Shown: positions 50,801 to 59,968, counted from the first letter of the stretch. The stretch: DNA of 64,000 nt from an uncultured Acidobacteriota bacterium (GCA_963787175.1 CAWBCA010000013.1:394008-458007); one strand, 5' to 3'. The notes: generated from the letters alone by a model not told the origin. A program made the numbers and translations.

Positions 50801-52600
50801 ATGGGCAGCAGCGGCGTGCGGACCCGGACGACGATTTCACGATGCCTCGTGCTGGCGTTGGCCAGCGTGGCGGGCGCATCGGCCGGTGAGTGGCGGACAA
50901 CCGGGCTGGCGCAGGCGCTTCCGCAGCCGGCGCCGTCCCAGCCGGCCCCGGGTCCGGATTCGCAGGTTCAGGCGGGCGTTCCCGTCGGCGAGGTGATCAA
51001 GGGCGAGTTTGCGGCCAGCCTGGTCTTTCCGGGCACATGGCGCGAGTACCCGGTGTACGTCCCGCGCCAGCTGGATCGGGCGAAGCCGGCGCCGGTGATG
51101 GTGTTCCAGGACGGCGTGCAGTACAACGCGCCGGTGGTCTTCGACAACCTGATCCACCGCAAGGACATCCCGCCCATGGTCGGGTTGTTCGTCACGCCCG
51201 GGCGCGTCAGGGCCTCCTCGCCCGACGCGCTCGATCGCATGAACCGCAGCTTCGAGTACGACGCCGTCAGCGGCGACTACGCGCGGTTCCTGCTCGACGA
51301 GTTGCTCCCGTTCGTCGCAAAAACACACGGGCTGAACCTCTCGGCCGATCCGAACGACCGCGGCATCGCGGGAAACAGCAGCGGCGCGATTGCCGCCTTC
51401 GCCGCCGCCTGGCAGCGGCCCGATGCGTTCCGGCGCGTGTTCAGCGCCATCGGCACCTACGTGGGGTTGCGGGGCGGCAACGAGTTCCCGGTGCTGATTC
51501 GCAAGACCGAGCCCAAGCCGATTCGCGTGTTCCTTCAGGATGGCCGGAACGACCTGAACAACTACACCGGCGCCTGGTTCGTCGCCAACCAGGACATGCT
51601 GTCGGCCCTGGAGTTCTCCGGCTACGACGTCCGGCACGAGTGGGGAGACGGCGAGCACAACTCGCGACACGCCACCGCGATCTTTCCCGAAGCGCTCCGC
51701 TGGCTGTGGCGCGACTATCCGGCGCCGGTTGCAGCCAACCCGGCGGCCAGCTCACGGCAGGATGTCTATCAAGTGCTGCTGCCGGGTGAAGGATGGCAGC
51801 TGGTGGCCGAAGGCTATCGGCACGCCGACGGCCCGGCTGTGACCGCCGCCGGCGAGCTCTTCTTCGCCGACGTGCCGAACAACCGGATCCACAGGGTGCA
51901 TCCGGATGGCAGGGTGTCGGTCTTTGCCGAGCAGACCGACGGCGCCAACGGCCTGATGTTCGGCGCAGACGGGCGGCTCTACGCGGGCGCCACCGCCACG
52001 AAACAGATCGTCGCGTACGACGCCGCCGGCGCCCGACAGGTGATTGCCGACTCGGTGCCGTCGAACGACATCGCCGTCAACGTCAAGGGAGACATCTACG
52101 TCACGGACACCGCGAACAAGAAGATCTGGCTGGTCCGCCAGGGTGCCGCGCCGCGGGTCGTGGACGAAGGGATCGACAGCCCGAACGGCGTGCTGTTCTC
52201 ACCCGACCAGACGTCGCTCTACGTCTCGGACTACGGAGGGCAGCTCTCCTGGGTCTTCCAGATTCAACCGGACGGCTCGCTGACGCACAAGCAGCGATAC
52301 TTCTACCTGCACGTGCCGGACGCCGCCCCGCGGAGCGCGGGAGACGGGATGGCCGTGGACACGGACGGCCGCGTCTACATCGCGACGGCACTGGGCATCC
52401 AGGTCTTCGATCAGATCGGCAAGTGCCACGCCATCATCCCGGCGCCGGTGGCCGGTGCGTTGTCGAACGTGGAGTTCGGCGGCCCCGGCCTCGACGAGAT
52501 GTTCATCACTGTCGGCGGCAAGGTGTTCAAGCGGAAGACGAAGGTGACGGGCGTCCTGTCCTGGCGCCCGCCGATCAAGCCCGCGCCACCGCGCCTCTGA
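50801..52600 (+). CDS. Esterase paralogue 3 fused to an SMP-30/gluconolactonase/LRE-like beta-propeller
   Basis: N-terminal half matches paralogues 1 and 2 ([22 protein letters not shown]). C-terminal half shows the repeated NG..F..DG.LY / SPNG...SPD...LYV pattern of SGL propellers. Confidence 0.7.
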   Translation: MGSSGVRTRTTISRCLVLALASVAGASAGEWRTTGLAQALPQPAPSQPAPGPDSQVQAGVPVGEVIKGEFAASLVFPGTWREYPVYVPRQLDRAKPAPVMVFQDGVQYNAPVVFDNLIHRKDIPPMVGLFVTPGRVRASSPDALDRMNRSFEYDAVSGDYARFLLDELLPFVAKTHGLNLSADPNDRGIAGNSSGAIAAFAAAWQRPDAFRRVFSAIGTYVGLRGGNEFPVLIRKTEPKPIRVFLQDGRNDLNNYTGAWFVANQDMLSALEFSGYDVRHEWGDGEHNSRHATAIFPEALRWLWRDYPAPVAANPAASSRQDVYQVLLPGEGWQLVAEGYRHADGPAVTAAGELFFADVPNNRIHRVHPDGRVSVFAEQTDGANGLMFGADGRLYAGATATKQIVAYDAAGARQVIADSVPSNDIAVNVKGDIYVTDTANKKIWLVRQGAAPRVVDEGIDSPNGVLFSPDQTSLYVSDYGGQLSWVFQIQPDGSLTHKQRYFYLHVPDAAPRSAGDGMAVDTDGRVYIATALGIQVFDQIGKCHAIIPAPVAGALSNVEFGGPGLDEMFITVGGKVFKRKTKVTGVLSWRPPIKPAPPRL

Positions 52601-52610
52601 GCCGACCGCG

Positions 52611-53303
52611 TCAGCCCCGGCCGACGTCACCGGCAATCTGGCGCAGCGCTCGCACGAGGCTCTCGGACACGGGGCCGGTCGGATCGGCTCCCTCGCGCGC
52701 CGCACGGCCGACGTGCGCTTCCCGGACGCAGCCTGTTGCGGCGAACGTGAGCAGCGCGTCCTGGTCGACGCCGCCGCCGGCGATGATCAGGAGGCGCCCC
52801 GCGGCGCGCTCGGTCAGGGCGCTCAGGCGGGTGCTGCGCTCCAGCGCGGTTCCCTCCCCGCCGCCGGTCAGGATTCGGTCGATCTGCGGGAGGCTGGAGA
52901 TCGTTTCGATCGCCTCCAACGGCGCCTGGAGCTGGTCGAACGCACGATGGAAGGTCACGTTCACGCCGGGCGCAGCAGCCTCCACCACCCGCGCGACATC
53001 GTCGATTGCCGGCAGGCCGTTGCGCGCGAACCCCACCACCAGCCCGTCCACACCGGCGGCGGCGAACCCGGCAGCGGCCCGGGAGAGCTCCAGCGACTCG
53101 CCGGCAGTGGTCGCGAAGCCGTCGTTCCCCCGCACCATCACGCGCAGGGGCAGAAGGGTGACATCCCGGATGGCGTGAACGAGCGAGAGCGGAGGCGTAA
53201 GACCGCCGAGACGGATGCTGCGGACGACCTCGAGGCGGTCAGCGCCACCCGCGGCCGCGGCGCGGGCATCCGCCACGCTCTGGACGATGACTTCGAGCAA
53301 CAA
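52611..53303 (-). CDS. cutC: CutC family protein (TTG start)
   Basis: LEVIVQSVADARAAAAGGADRLEV, ...VMVRGNDGF, FHRAFD and RILTGGG. Confidence 0.8.
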   Translation of the reverse strand: MLLEVIVQSVADARAAAAGGADRLEVVRSIRLGGLTPPLSLVHAIRDVTLLPLRVMVRGNDGFATTAGESLELSRAAAGFAAAGVDGLVVGFARNGLPAIDDVARVVEAAAPGVNVTFHRAFDQLQAPLEAIETISSLPQIDRILTGGGEGTALERSTRLSALTERAAGRLLIIAGGGVDQDALLTFAATGCVREAHVGRAAREGADPTGPVSESLVRALRQIAGDVGRG

Positions 53304-53340
53304 GCTGACAGCTGATAGCTAACAGCCGTCAGCTTCCCGC
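53304..53340. repeat. Copy of the GCTTCC/GATAGC repeat family overlapping the DUF1552 stop codon
   Basis: Minus strand reads GCGGGAAGCTGA CGGCTGTTAGCTATCAGCTGTCAGCTT. Compare TAGCTATCACAGCTGCCAGCTTCC at 11017. Confidence 0.65.
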
Positions 53341-54678
53341 GAGGTGATCGATTCTCCCCGTGCTGTCGCCTATCTGCTCCGCCGGTACGCCCATGCGATC
53401 GAGCAGCGTGAGGTACAGGTTTGTCATCGGCGTCTGCGTGGGATAGGCCACGTGGGAACCCATGCGCATCCCGGCGCCGTGTCCCACCAGCAGGATTGGC
53501 AGATCGTCGTGGGTGTGGCGGTTGCCGTCGCTCAGCCCGCTGCCGTAGACGATCATGGAGTGGTCGAGGAGGCTGCCGTCGCCATCCGGCGTCGCTTTCA
53601 TCTTCGCGACGAAGTCGGCGAACAGGCGCATGTGCAGCTCGTTGACCTGCGTGACCTTCTCAATCCACTCCTGGTTGCCGCGGTGATGGGTCAGCGGATG
53701 ATGGGGGTCGGCGACACCGATCTCCGGGTACGTGCGCATGCTCCCTTCGCGCCCCATCATCATCGTGATGACGCGGGTCTGATCGGTCTGGAACGCAATC
53801 AGCTGGAGATCGAACATCAGCTTGACGTAGTCCGGGTAGTCCACGGGGATACCGGTCGGCTTGTCGATGCCGGGGGTCAAACCTGTCAGGTCCTGCTCGG
53901 AGCGCTCGATGCGCCGTTCGATCTCGCGGATCGAGGACAGGTACTCGTCGAGCTTGCGCTTGTCGGAGGGACCGAGGCCGGACGCCAGGCTGCTGGTTCG
54001 CTCGCCGACCAGGTCGAGGATGCTCCGCCGGTAGCGCAGGCGGCGCGCCCGCACCTCGGGGGACAGCGAGGTGTCGATGTCGCCGAACAGCCGCTCGAAG
54101 ACGAGCCGCGGGTTGGTCTCGGGGGGCATCGGCGTCGTGGGGCTGCGCCACGCCAGGCTGTTCGTGTATGCACACGAGTAGCCCGAATCGCAGTTCCCGA
54201 CGGTGCGGGAATCGTCGCACCCGAGCTCCAGGGACGCGAACCGCGTCTCCTCCGCCAGGTGCTGCGCCGCGATCTGATCGACAGAGATCCCGTTCTGGAT
54301 GTCGGCCCCCGCGGTCTTGCGCGGATGGACACCGGTGAGGTACGAGGCCGCCGCGCGTGCATGATCGCCCGGACCGTCGCCGAGCGCCGCGCCGTTCTTG
54401 TGCGCGAGGCCGGACACGACCATCAGATCGCTCCGGAACGCTTCGAGCGGCTTGATGATACGGGAGAACTGAAACGCCGCACCGCTGCCCGCCGGCGTCC
54501 AGTCCGCCATGGTGATGCCGTTCGGCACGTAGGTGAACGCGAGCCGCACCGGCGCCTTGCGCAGTTGCGCGGCGCTGGCAAACGCCGGCGTCATCGCATC
54601 GAGCACCGGGAGCGCGACGACGGCGCCCATGCCTTTGAGGAAGGAGCGGCGGTGGAGGTGTTTGCGGGTGACGATCAT
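53329..54678 (-). CDS. DUF1552 family protein with a twin-arginine signal
   Basis: MIVTRKHLHRRSFLKGMGAVVALPVL (Tat motif). The body matches the Planctomycete-type DUF1552 family as I recall it. The ATG overlaps the upstream TGA (ATGA). Confidence 0.7.
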   Translation of the reverse strand: MIVTRKHLHRRSFLKGMGAVVALPVLDAMTPAFASAAQLRKAPVRLAFTYVPNGITMADWTPAGSGAAFQFSRIIKPLEAFRSDLMVVSGLAHKNGAALGDGPGDHARAAASYLTGVHPRKTAGADIQNGISVDQIAAQHLAEETRFASLELGCDDSRTVGNCDSGYSCAYTNSLAWRSPTTPMPPETNPRLVFERLFGDIDTSLSPEVRARRLRYRRSILDLVGERTSSLASGLGPSDKRKLDEYLSSIREIERRIERSEQDLTGLTPGIDKPTGIPVDYPDYVKLMFDLQLIAFQTDQTRVITMMMGREGSMRTYPEIGVADPHHPLTHHRGNQEWIEKVTQVNELHMRLFADFVAKMKATPDGDGSLLDHSMIVYGSGLSDGNRHTHDDLPILLVGHGAGMRMGSHVAYPTQTPMTNLYLTLLDRMGVPAEQIGDSTGRIDHLAGS

Positions 54679-57218
54679 GGCGCTTGCGTTCCTTTTTGTG
54701 CCGGCTGGTCCTCGGAGGAGGGCCGTCGGGATTGGAAGGGCAGGCTGTTGACGATTTCGAGCACGAGAGCAGAGAACCGGTAGTCCCGGGCTGGTATCCG
54801 GCTGGCGACGAGCTTCACCGTGCGTGCGTCGTATTGTTCCAGCCCTCGACCCAGCGCATAGGTGAGGAGCTTGCTCGTGAGGCTCCTGGCGAACGCCTCG
54901 CGGTTGCCCTCGAGGATGGCGCGGAGCTCCACCGGCCCGGTGAAGGTGCGGCCGTCGGGAAGCGCTCCCGCGGCGTCGATGGGGAATTTGCCGTCCGCGC
55001 TCCGCCACGCGCCGACCGCGTCGAAGTTCTCGAGGCCGAATCCGAGCGGATCCATGCGGCGATGGCACGACGCGCAGATCGGATCCTTCCGGTGGGACTC
55101 GAGCTGCTCTCTGAGCGATGCCGACGTTCCAATCGACGCTTCGTCGAGGTTCGGCACGTCGCCGGGCGGAGGCGGCGGAGGCGCATCCAGCAGATTGTCG
55201 AGGATCCATTTTCCGCGCAGCACCGGCGACGTGCGGGTCGCATAGGAGGAGACCGTCAGTACGCTGCCCTGCGTCAACACGCCGCCGCGCGGTGTCGCGC
55301 TCAGGTCCACCCGCCGGAACTCCGGTCCTGACACGTCGGGAACACCGTAGTGCCGCGCCAGGCGCTCGTTGATGAAGGAGTATTGGCCGTCGATGAAGTC
55401 CAGGATGCTGCGATCCTCGCTGATGATGTTCTGGACGAACATCTCCGTCTCGCGGCGCATCGAGAATCGGAGGTAATCCTCGAAGTCGGGGAAACGCTCC
55501 CGGTCGCGGGTCACCGATTCGAGCGCGCGGAACTGGAGCCACTGACCGCCGAAATGCTCGGCCAGCGCCTCCGCTTTCGGGTCGCGAAGCATGCGCCGGA
55601 CCTCGCGCTCGAGCACGGCGGGATTGCGCAGCGTGCCGGCGTCCGCCGCCCGGCGCAGCGCCGTGTCAGGCATGCTGGCCCAGAGGAAGTACGACAGCCG
55701 CGACGCGAGCTCGTGCTGGCTGATCCGCTGCACCAGCGACCCCGTCTTGACAGGCCGATCGCGCTCGATGCGGAAGAGAAAATCGGGCGAGACGAGCAGC
55801 GCCTGGATCCCGACCGCCAGCCCCTCCTCGAGCGATCCTTCCTCCTTCTCGGCGAGCTGCACCAGGTCGACGTACTTCTGGACCTCCCCTGGCGTGACCG
55901 GCCGGCGGAACGCCCGGCGCGCAAGGCTGGTCATGATCCGCCTGGCGCACATCGGCTGGTGCCCTCCCCGCAGGTGCCCGCAGACGTAGACATTCTCGAG
56001 GCTCGCGCGCGTGGGCCCGCTTGCCTGCGTGTACGGTCCGCCGACGTCCACCGTGTTGACGCGAACGCCGTTGAGGGGGATTTTCTGCAGCTCCGCCTGC
56101 GCCTGCTCGAACCGCTGCTTGAACTGCGCAATCCTTTCGGGCGTGGCGTTCTCCGGCGGCGTGAACACGCGGACCGGTTCTTCCTTCGTCGAAGGGTTCG
56201 GCCCGCCATATCTGGCGGGCAGTCCTTCGAAAATGCGCGGGATCGTGACAGCGATGCGCCGGTCGCCTGCTGCGAGCTTGACGCGGAACTCCTTTGCCTG
56301 CCCGCCGAAGTCCTGGCGATCGAGATCGAACCGTGCGGCCCCCTCCAGGTCGTAGACGGTGGACTGCACCTGCTCGTCGTCGATATAGAGCGCCACCGTG
56401 ACGGGTGCCGAGGCGGCCGGCCTGGTGCCCCCGAGCACCACGCGCACCGCGTACTCGCCATCCACCGGCACGCGAAACACCGCGTGGAACGCGTTCGGCA
56501 GGCTGAGCCCGCTGAGGTCGTAGCTGGACGGGAAGGTGCGGGCATCGCCCGGCCGCCGGCCCTCGGACCGCAGCCGCGTCAGCGTGGGGTCCAGATGCGG
56601 CGGGCCGAAGAGCGCCAGCCGCGAGACGCGATCCGCCGCCGTCACGTATTTCTCCATCAGCACCGGCGAGAGCGACAGCACGTCCGCGATGTTGTCGAAG
56701 CCGTACCCGGCGTCGTCCTGGGGGAAATCGTCGGCCGCCTTCGGATCGATGCCGAGCAGGTCCCTGATGGTGTTGTTGTACTCGGTGCGGTTGAGACGGC
56801 GGGCCGTGACCCGGCCGGGATTGGGCGGTGTCTCACGATCGATCCGATCGAGCTCGCGCTCCACCCACGTGGCGACCGCCTGGCGCTGTTCCTCGTCCGG
56901 CTGCTCCTCCTCGATCGGCGGCATCTCGGCGCCCTTCAGCTTCCGGACCACCTCTTCCCACCGCTCACGATGCTCGACCAAGGAAGCGGGCGAGGAGAAC
57001 GCCTCGAAGTTGAGATCCTTCTCCTGTTTCTTGTTGCCGTGGCACGCGTAGCAATTGTCGGCAAGAAAAGGCTTGAGGATCGAATCGAAGCCGGCCGTCC
57101 GGGCGGGAGGAACCTCAGCCTGGCGCGCCTCTTCCGCAGGTCGCTGGGCCGACACGATCATGGCCAGCAACGGCAAGAGCAGGAGGACGAGGACAGGCCG
57201 CACGCTGCGTTTCACCAT
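54675..57218 (-). CDS. DUF1592/DUF1587/DUF1588/DUF1585/DUF1595-type protein with two CxxCH haem-binding motifs
   Basis: N-terminal FLADNCYACHG and C-terminal DPICASCHRRMDPLGFGLENFD. ARRLNRTEYNNTIRDLLG. Alternative TTG start at 57245. Confidence 0.7.
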   Translation of the reverse strand: MVKRSVRPVLVLLLLPLLAMIVSAQRPAEEARQAEVPPARTAGFDSILKPFLADNCYACHGNKKQEKDLNFEAFSSPASLVEHRERWEEVVRKLKGAEMPPIEEEQPDEEQRQAVATWVERELDRIDRETPPNPGRVTARRLNRTEYNNTIRDLLGIDPKAADDFPQDDAGYGFDNIADVLSLSPVLMEKYVTAADRVSRLALFGPPHLDPTLTRLRSEGRRPGDARTFPSSYDLSGLSLPNAFHAVFRVPVDGEYAVRVVLGGTRPAASAPVTVALYIDDEQVQSTVYDLEGAARFDLDRQDFGGQAKEFRVKLAAGDRRIAVTIPRIFEGLPARYGGPNPSTKEEPVRVFTPPENATPERIAQFKQRFEQAQAELQKIPLNGVRVNTVDVGGPYTQASGPTRASLENVYVCGHLRGGHQPMCARRIMTSLARRAFRRPVTPGEVQKYVDLVQLAEKEEGSLEEGLAVGIQALLVSPDFLFRIERDRPVKTGSLVQRISQHELASRLSYFLWASMPDTALRRAADAGTLRNPAVLEREVRRMLRDPKAEALAEHFGGQWLQFRALESVTRDRERFPDFEDYLRFSMRRETEMFVQNIISEDRSILDFIDGQYSFINERLARHYGVPDVSGPEFRRVDLSATPRGGVLTQGSVLTVSSYATRTSPVLRGKWILDNLLDAPPPPPPGDVPNLDEASIGTSASLREQLESHRKDPICASCHRRMDPLGFGLENFDAVGAWRSADGKFPIDAAGALPDGRTFTGPVELRAILEGNREAFARSLTSKLLTYALGRGLEQYDARTVKLVASRIPARDYRFSALVLEIVNSLPFQSRRPSSEDQPAQKGTQAP

Positions 57219-57290
57219 AGTGTGTAAGTGGCTGCGAGCTGGCAACGGACGCGGAAGACGCCGTCTGAAGACCGAAGGAATTGATCTCCG

Positions 57291-57299
57291 ATTATATCA
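57291..57299 (-). promoter_or_regulatory. Extended -10 promoter TGATATAAT (minus strand) upstream of the DUF1592-DUF1552 operon
   Basis: The minus strand reads TGATATAAT, a perfect TGn + TATAAT. About 66 nt upstream of ATG 57218. Confidence 0.45.
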
Positions 57300-57357
57300 G
57301 CGTTGAGGACCCCGCGGATCAAGCAGATTCGGCATTTCCGCTGAGCCTCGCGCGACC

Positions 57358-57432
57358 GTTTCCACGCACCGGTCGCACTGGTGGGAAACCGCCTACCCTC
57401 GTGGAACTGCGCTGCCCTGCCGCTGTGGAAAC
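57358..57432. promoter_or_regulatory. Cluster of four GTGGAAAC-type octamers (one inverted), candidate regulator binding sites or RNA stem
   Basis: GTTTCCAC 57358-57365, GTGGGAAAC 57381-57389, GTGGAAC 57401-57407 and GTGGAAAC 57425-57432. Direct copies are 20 and 24 nt apart. Confidence 0.35.
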
Positions 57433-57556
57433 GGGCCTCCAACGGCTTCGCGATCGGCCGTACGTGACGAGCGGGAAGCGCGGAGCGCTCCCCGTCGGGA
57501 GGAGGGTGTGTGTCGGTCTGCCAGAGCGGCGACCCAGCGTGGCTGCCACTCCCTAA

Positions 57557-57572
57557 AGCAATCGAGGTGCCA
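57557..57572 (-). promoter_or_regulatory. Sigma54-type -24/-12 element TGGCAC-N5-TTGCT (minus strand)
   Basis: The minus strand reads TGGCACCTCGATTGCT, matching TGGCAC-N5-TTGC exactly. Intergenic, just after the hemerythrin stop and about 330 nt upstream of DUF1592. Confidence 0.35.
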
Positions 57573-57583
57573 GACAGGGTGTC

Positions 57584-58381
57584 TCAGCGAGACTCGCTCC
57601 TGGCCTTGAGCGCGGCCATCTTTGCGCCGAGCTCCAGCAGCTCGTCGCGCCCGAGCACGGCGCGCGCCGTGCGGAACATCTCTCCCTCTTCTTCCTTTAT
57701 GTGGTGCTCGATGTTCTCCTTCAACACCTTGAACTTCGCGCCCCACTGCGCGTCATTCCTGGCCAGGCCGTGCAGTTCTTTCACGATGACGTCGGCAACG
57801 TGATGTTCCTGGTATCCCTCGAGCACGATGTCCGTGGCCTCGCGGTGTGCCTCGAGCGCAGGGTAGAGCAGCTTCTCTTCAATCAACTCGTGGACGGTCA
57901 ATGCCGAGGTCAGCGAGTCGAGGAGGTCTTTCCGTCCCTTGACGGCGCGGGACGTCGTCTGCGACCCCTTCTCCAGGAGCGCTTCGAGCCGTCGATGGTC
58001 TGTTTCGAGCAGAGTCACGGCATCGGGTGGCCCGGCGGCCCACGGCAGAGTGTTGGCCACCGCGGCGACCGCTCCCGCGAGGGCGCCGCGCACCGCCGTT
58101 CGCGCCGAAGTCAGCGCCGACGGCGGTTTGGTCGAGGTGCGGCGCGAGGACCGCGACGCGGCGGCCCGCGCAGCGTTCCTGCGCCGGGCGGCGACGGTCC
58201 GGCCGCCGGCCTTCGTGGCGCCCGCCTTCCGTGGGGTGGGCCGTGCCGCGGTGGCCTTCTTGAGCCCGCGCTTCCGGGCCGCCGGCGCGCCCTTGGCGGT
58301 CGCCGCCCGCCGTTTGCCTGCCGCAGAACGCTTCGCCCCGGACGATTTGGCCGAGCCTCGCTTTGCCACGTTCGCCTCCAC
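57584..58381 (-). CDS. Hemerythrin (HHE cation-binding) domain protein with a ~110-aa Lys/Arg/Ala-rich histone-H1-like N-terminal tail (GTG start)
   Basis: Tail AKRGSAKSSGAKRSAAGKRRAATAKGAPAARKRGLKKATAARPTPRKAGATKAGG... The domain carries H..HxxxE pairs (TDHRRLE, VHELIEE, QEHHVAD, IEHHIKEEE). Confidence 0.75.
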   Translation of the reverse strand: MEANVAKRGSAKSSGAKRSAAGKRRAATAKGAPAARKRGLKKATAARPTPRKAGATKAGGRTVAARRRNAARAAASRSSRRTSTKPPSALTSARTAVRGALAGAVAAVANTLPWAAGPPDAVTLLETDHRRLEALLEKGSQTTSRAVKGRKDLLDSLTSALTVHELIEEKLLYPALEAHREATDIVLEGYQEHHVADVIVKELHGLARNDAQWGAKFKVLKENIEHHIKEEEGEMFRTARAVLGRDELLELGAKMAALKARSESR

Positions 58382-58522
58382 CTCGAACGATACACGGCAC
58401 GGGGGGGTCTCCGCCAGGCTGTCGAGCCTGGTCGCTGCCGGCCTTTGTATTGTTCTCCGCCCCGCGAGCGCAACCGGTGACCGCCCGCCGGCGCGTGCTC
58501 AGTTGTGCTAGCCTCGTCCGCC

Positions 58523-59968
58523 ATGACCTTCAAGAACTTCATCGGCGGCGAGTGGGTTGCTGCCCGCGCCGGTACGACCTTCGACACGAGAAATCCGGCG
58601 GATACGAGCGAGACGGTCGCGACCTTCCAGAAGTCCGCTGCCGCCGACGCGCGCGAGGCGATCGCGGCCGCGAAGGCGGCGCAGCCGGCCTGGGCCGGGA
58701 TGCCGGCGCCGAAGCGCGGCGAGGTTCTCTACCGCGCCGCCAACATCCTGGAGTCGCGGGCCGAACAGGTCGCCCGCGAGATGACGCGCGAGGAGGGCAA
58801 GACACTGCCCGAGGCGCGCGGCGAAGTCGGGCGCGCCGTCAACATCCTCAGATACATCGGCGGGGAAGGCGCGCGGCTGGGCGGCGAGAACGTCCCGTCC
58901 GAGCGGGATCGCGTCCTCATCCAGACCCGCCGCCGGCCCCTCGGAGTCGTCGGCCTGATCACGCCGTGGAACTTTCCGATAGCCATCCCGACGTGGAAGG
59001 CCGCCCCTGCGCTGGTGGCCGGCAACGCCGTCGTCCTGAAGCCGTCCGACCTGGCGCCGCTCTGTGCGGTGCGGCTGATCGAGGCGCTCGACGAGGCGGG
59101 CGTGACGAAGGGAGCGGTCAACCTCGTGACCGGTCCCGGCTCGAAGGTCGGGAACGAGATCGTGACGAACCCCGACGTGAAGGCCATCTCGTTCACCGGA
59201 TCGGAGTCGACCGGCAGCCAGATCGCCGTCGAGGCCGCGAAGCGGCGCGCACGCGTGCAGCTCGAGATGGGCGGCAAGAATCCCACGATCGTGCTCGCCG
59301 ACGCCGACATCGCGGATGCCGTGAACGTGGTGGTGAACGCGGCGTTCTTCTCGACCGGCCAGCGCTGCACGGCGACCTCCCGCGTGATCGTCGAGGAGCC
59401 GATCGTCGAGCCGTTCACCGCCGCGCTGAGCGCGCGCACGCGCGCCCTCAAGGTGGGAAACGGCCTCGAGCCGGGCATCGACATCGGGCCGTCGATCGAC
59501 GAGAAGCAGCTGGGGACCGTGCTCGACTACGTCGGGGTCGGGCGGCAGGAGGGCGCCAGCCTCCTCTGCGGCGGGGAGCGGCTGAGCGAGGGTGCGCACG
59601 CGCGCGGGTACTTCTCCTCCCCAGCGGTGATGACCGGCGTCACCCCGTCCATGCGCGTGGCGCAGGAGGAGATTTTCGGTCCGGTGCTCGCCGTCCTTCC
59701 GGCCGGCAGCGTTGACGAAGCGATCGAGATTGCCAACGGGATCAGGTTCGGCCTGTCGGCCGGGATCTGCACGCGCTCCCTGACGTCCGCCTACGAGTTC
59801 ATCAACCGGGTCGAAGCCGGCCTCGTGATGGTGAACCTGCCGTCGGCCGGCGTCGAGTACCACGTGCCCTTTGGCGGCTCCAAGGCGTCGTCCATGGGGA
59901 TGCGCGAGCAGGGCCACGTGGCCGTGGACTTCTATACGGAGATACAGACGGCGTACGTGAAGTACTAG
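58523..59968 (+). CDS. NAD(P)+ aldehyde dehydrogenase; by context alpha-ketoglutarate semialdehyde (2,5-dioxovalerate) dehydrogenase
   Basis: ALDH motifs [15 protein letters not shown] and [10 protein letters not shown]. Next to a KdaD-like FAH gene. Confidence 0.8.
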   Translation: MTFKNFIGGEWVAARAGTTFDTRNPADTSETVATFQKSAAADAREAIAAAKAAQPAWAGMPAPKRGEVLYRAANILESRAEQVAREMTREEGKTLPEARGEVGRAVNILRYIGGEGARLGGENVPSERDRVLIQTRRRPLGVVGLITPWNFPIAIPTWKAAPALVAGNAVVLKPSDLAPLCAVRLIEALDEAGVTKGAVNLVTGPGSKVGNEIVTNPDVKAISFTGSESTGSQIAVEAAKRRARVQLEMGGKNPTIVLADADIADAVNVVVNAAFFSTGQRCTATSRVIVEEPIVEPFTAALSARTRALKVGNGLEPGIDIGPSIDEKQLGTVLDYVGVGRQEGASLLCGGERLSEGAHARGYFSSPAVMTGVTPSMRVAQEEIFGPVLAVLPAGSVDEAIEIANGIRFGLSAGICTRSLTSAYEFINRVEAGLVMVNLPSAGVEYHVPFGGSKASSMGMREQGHVAVDFYTEIQTAYVKY

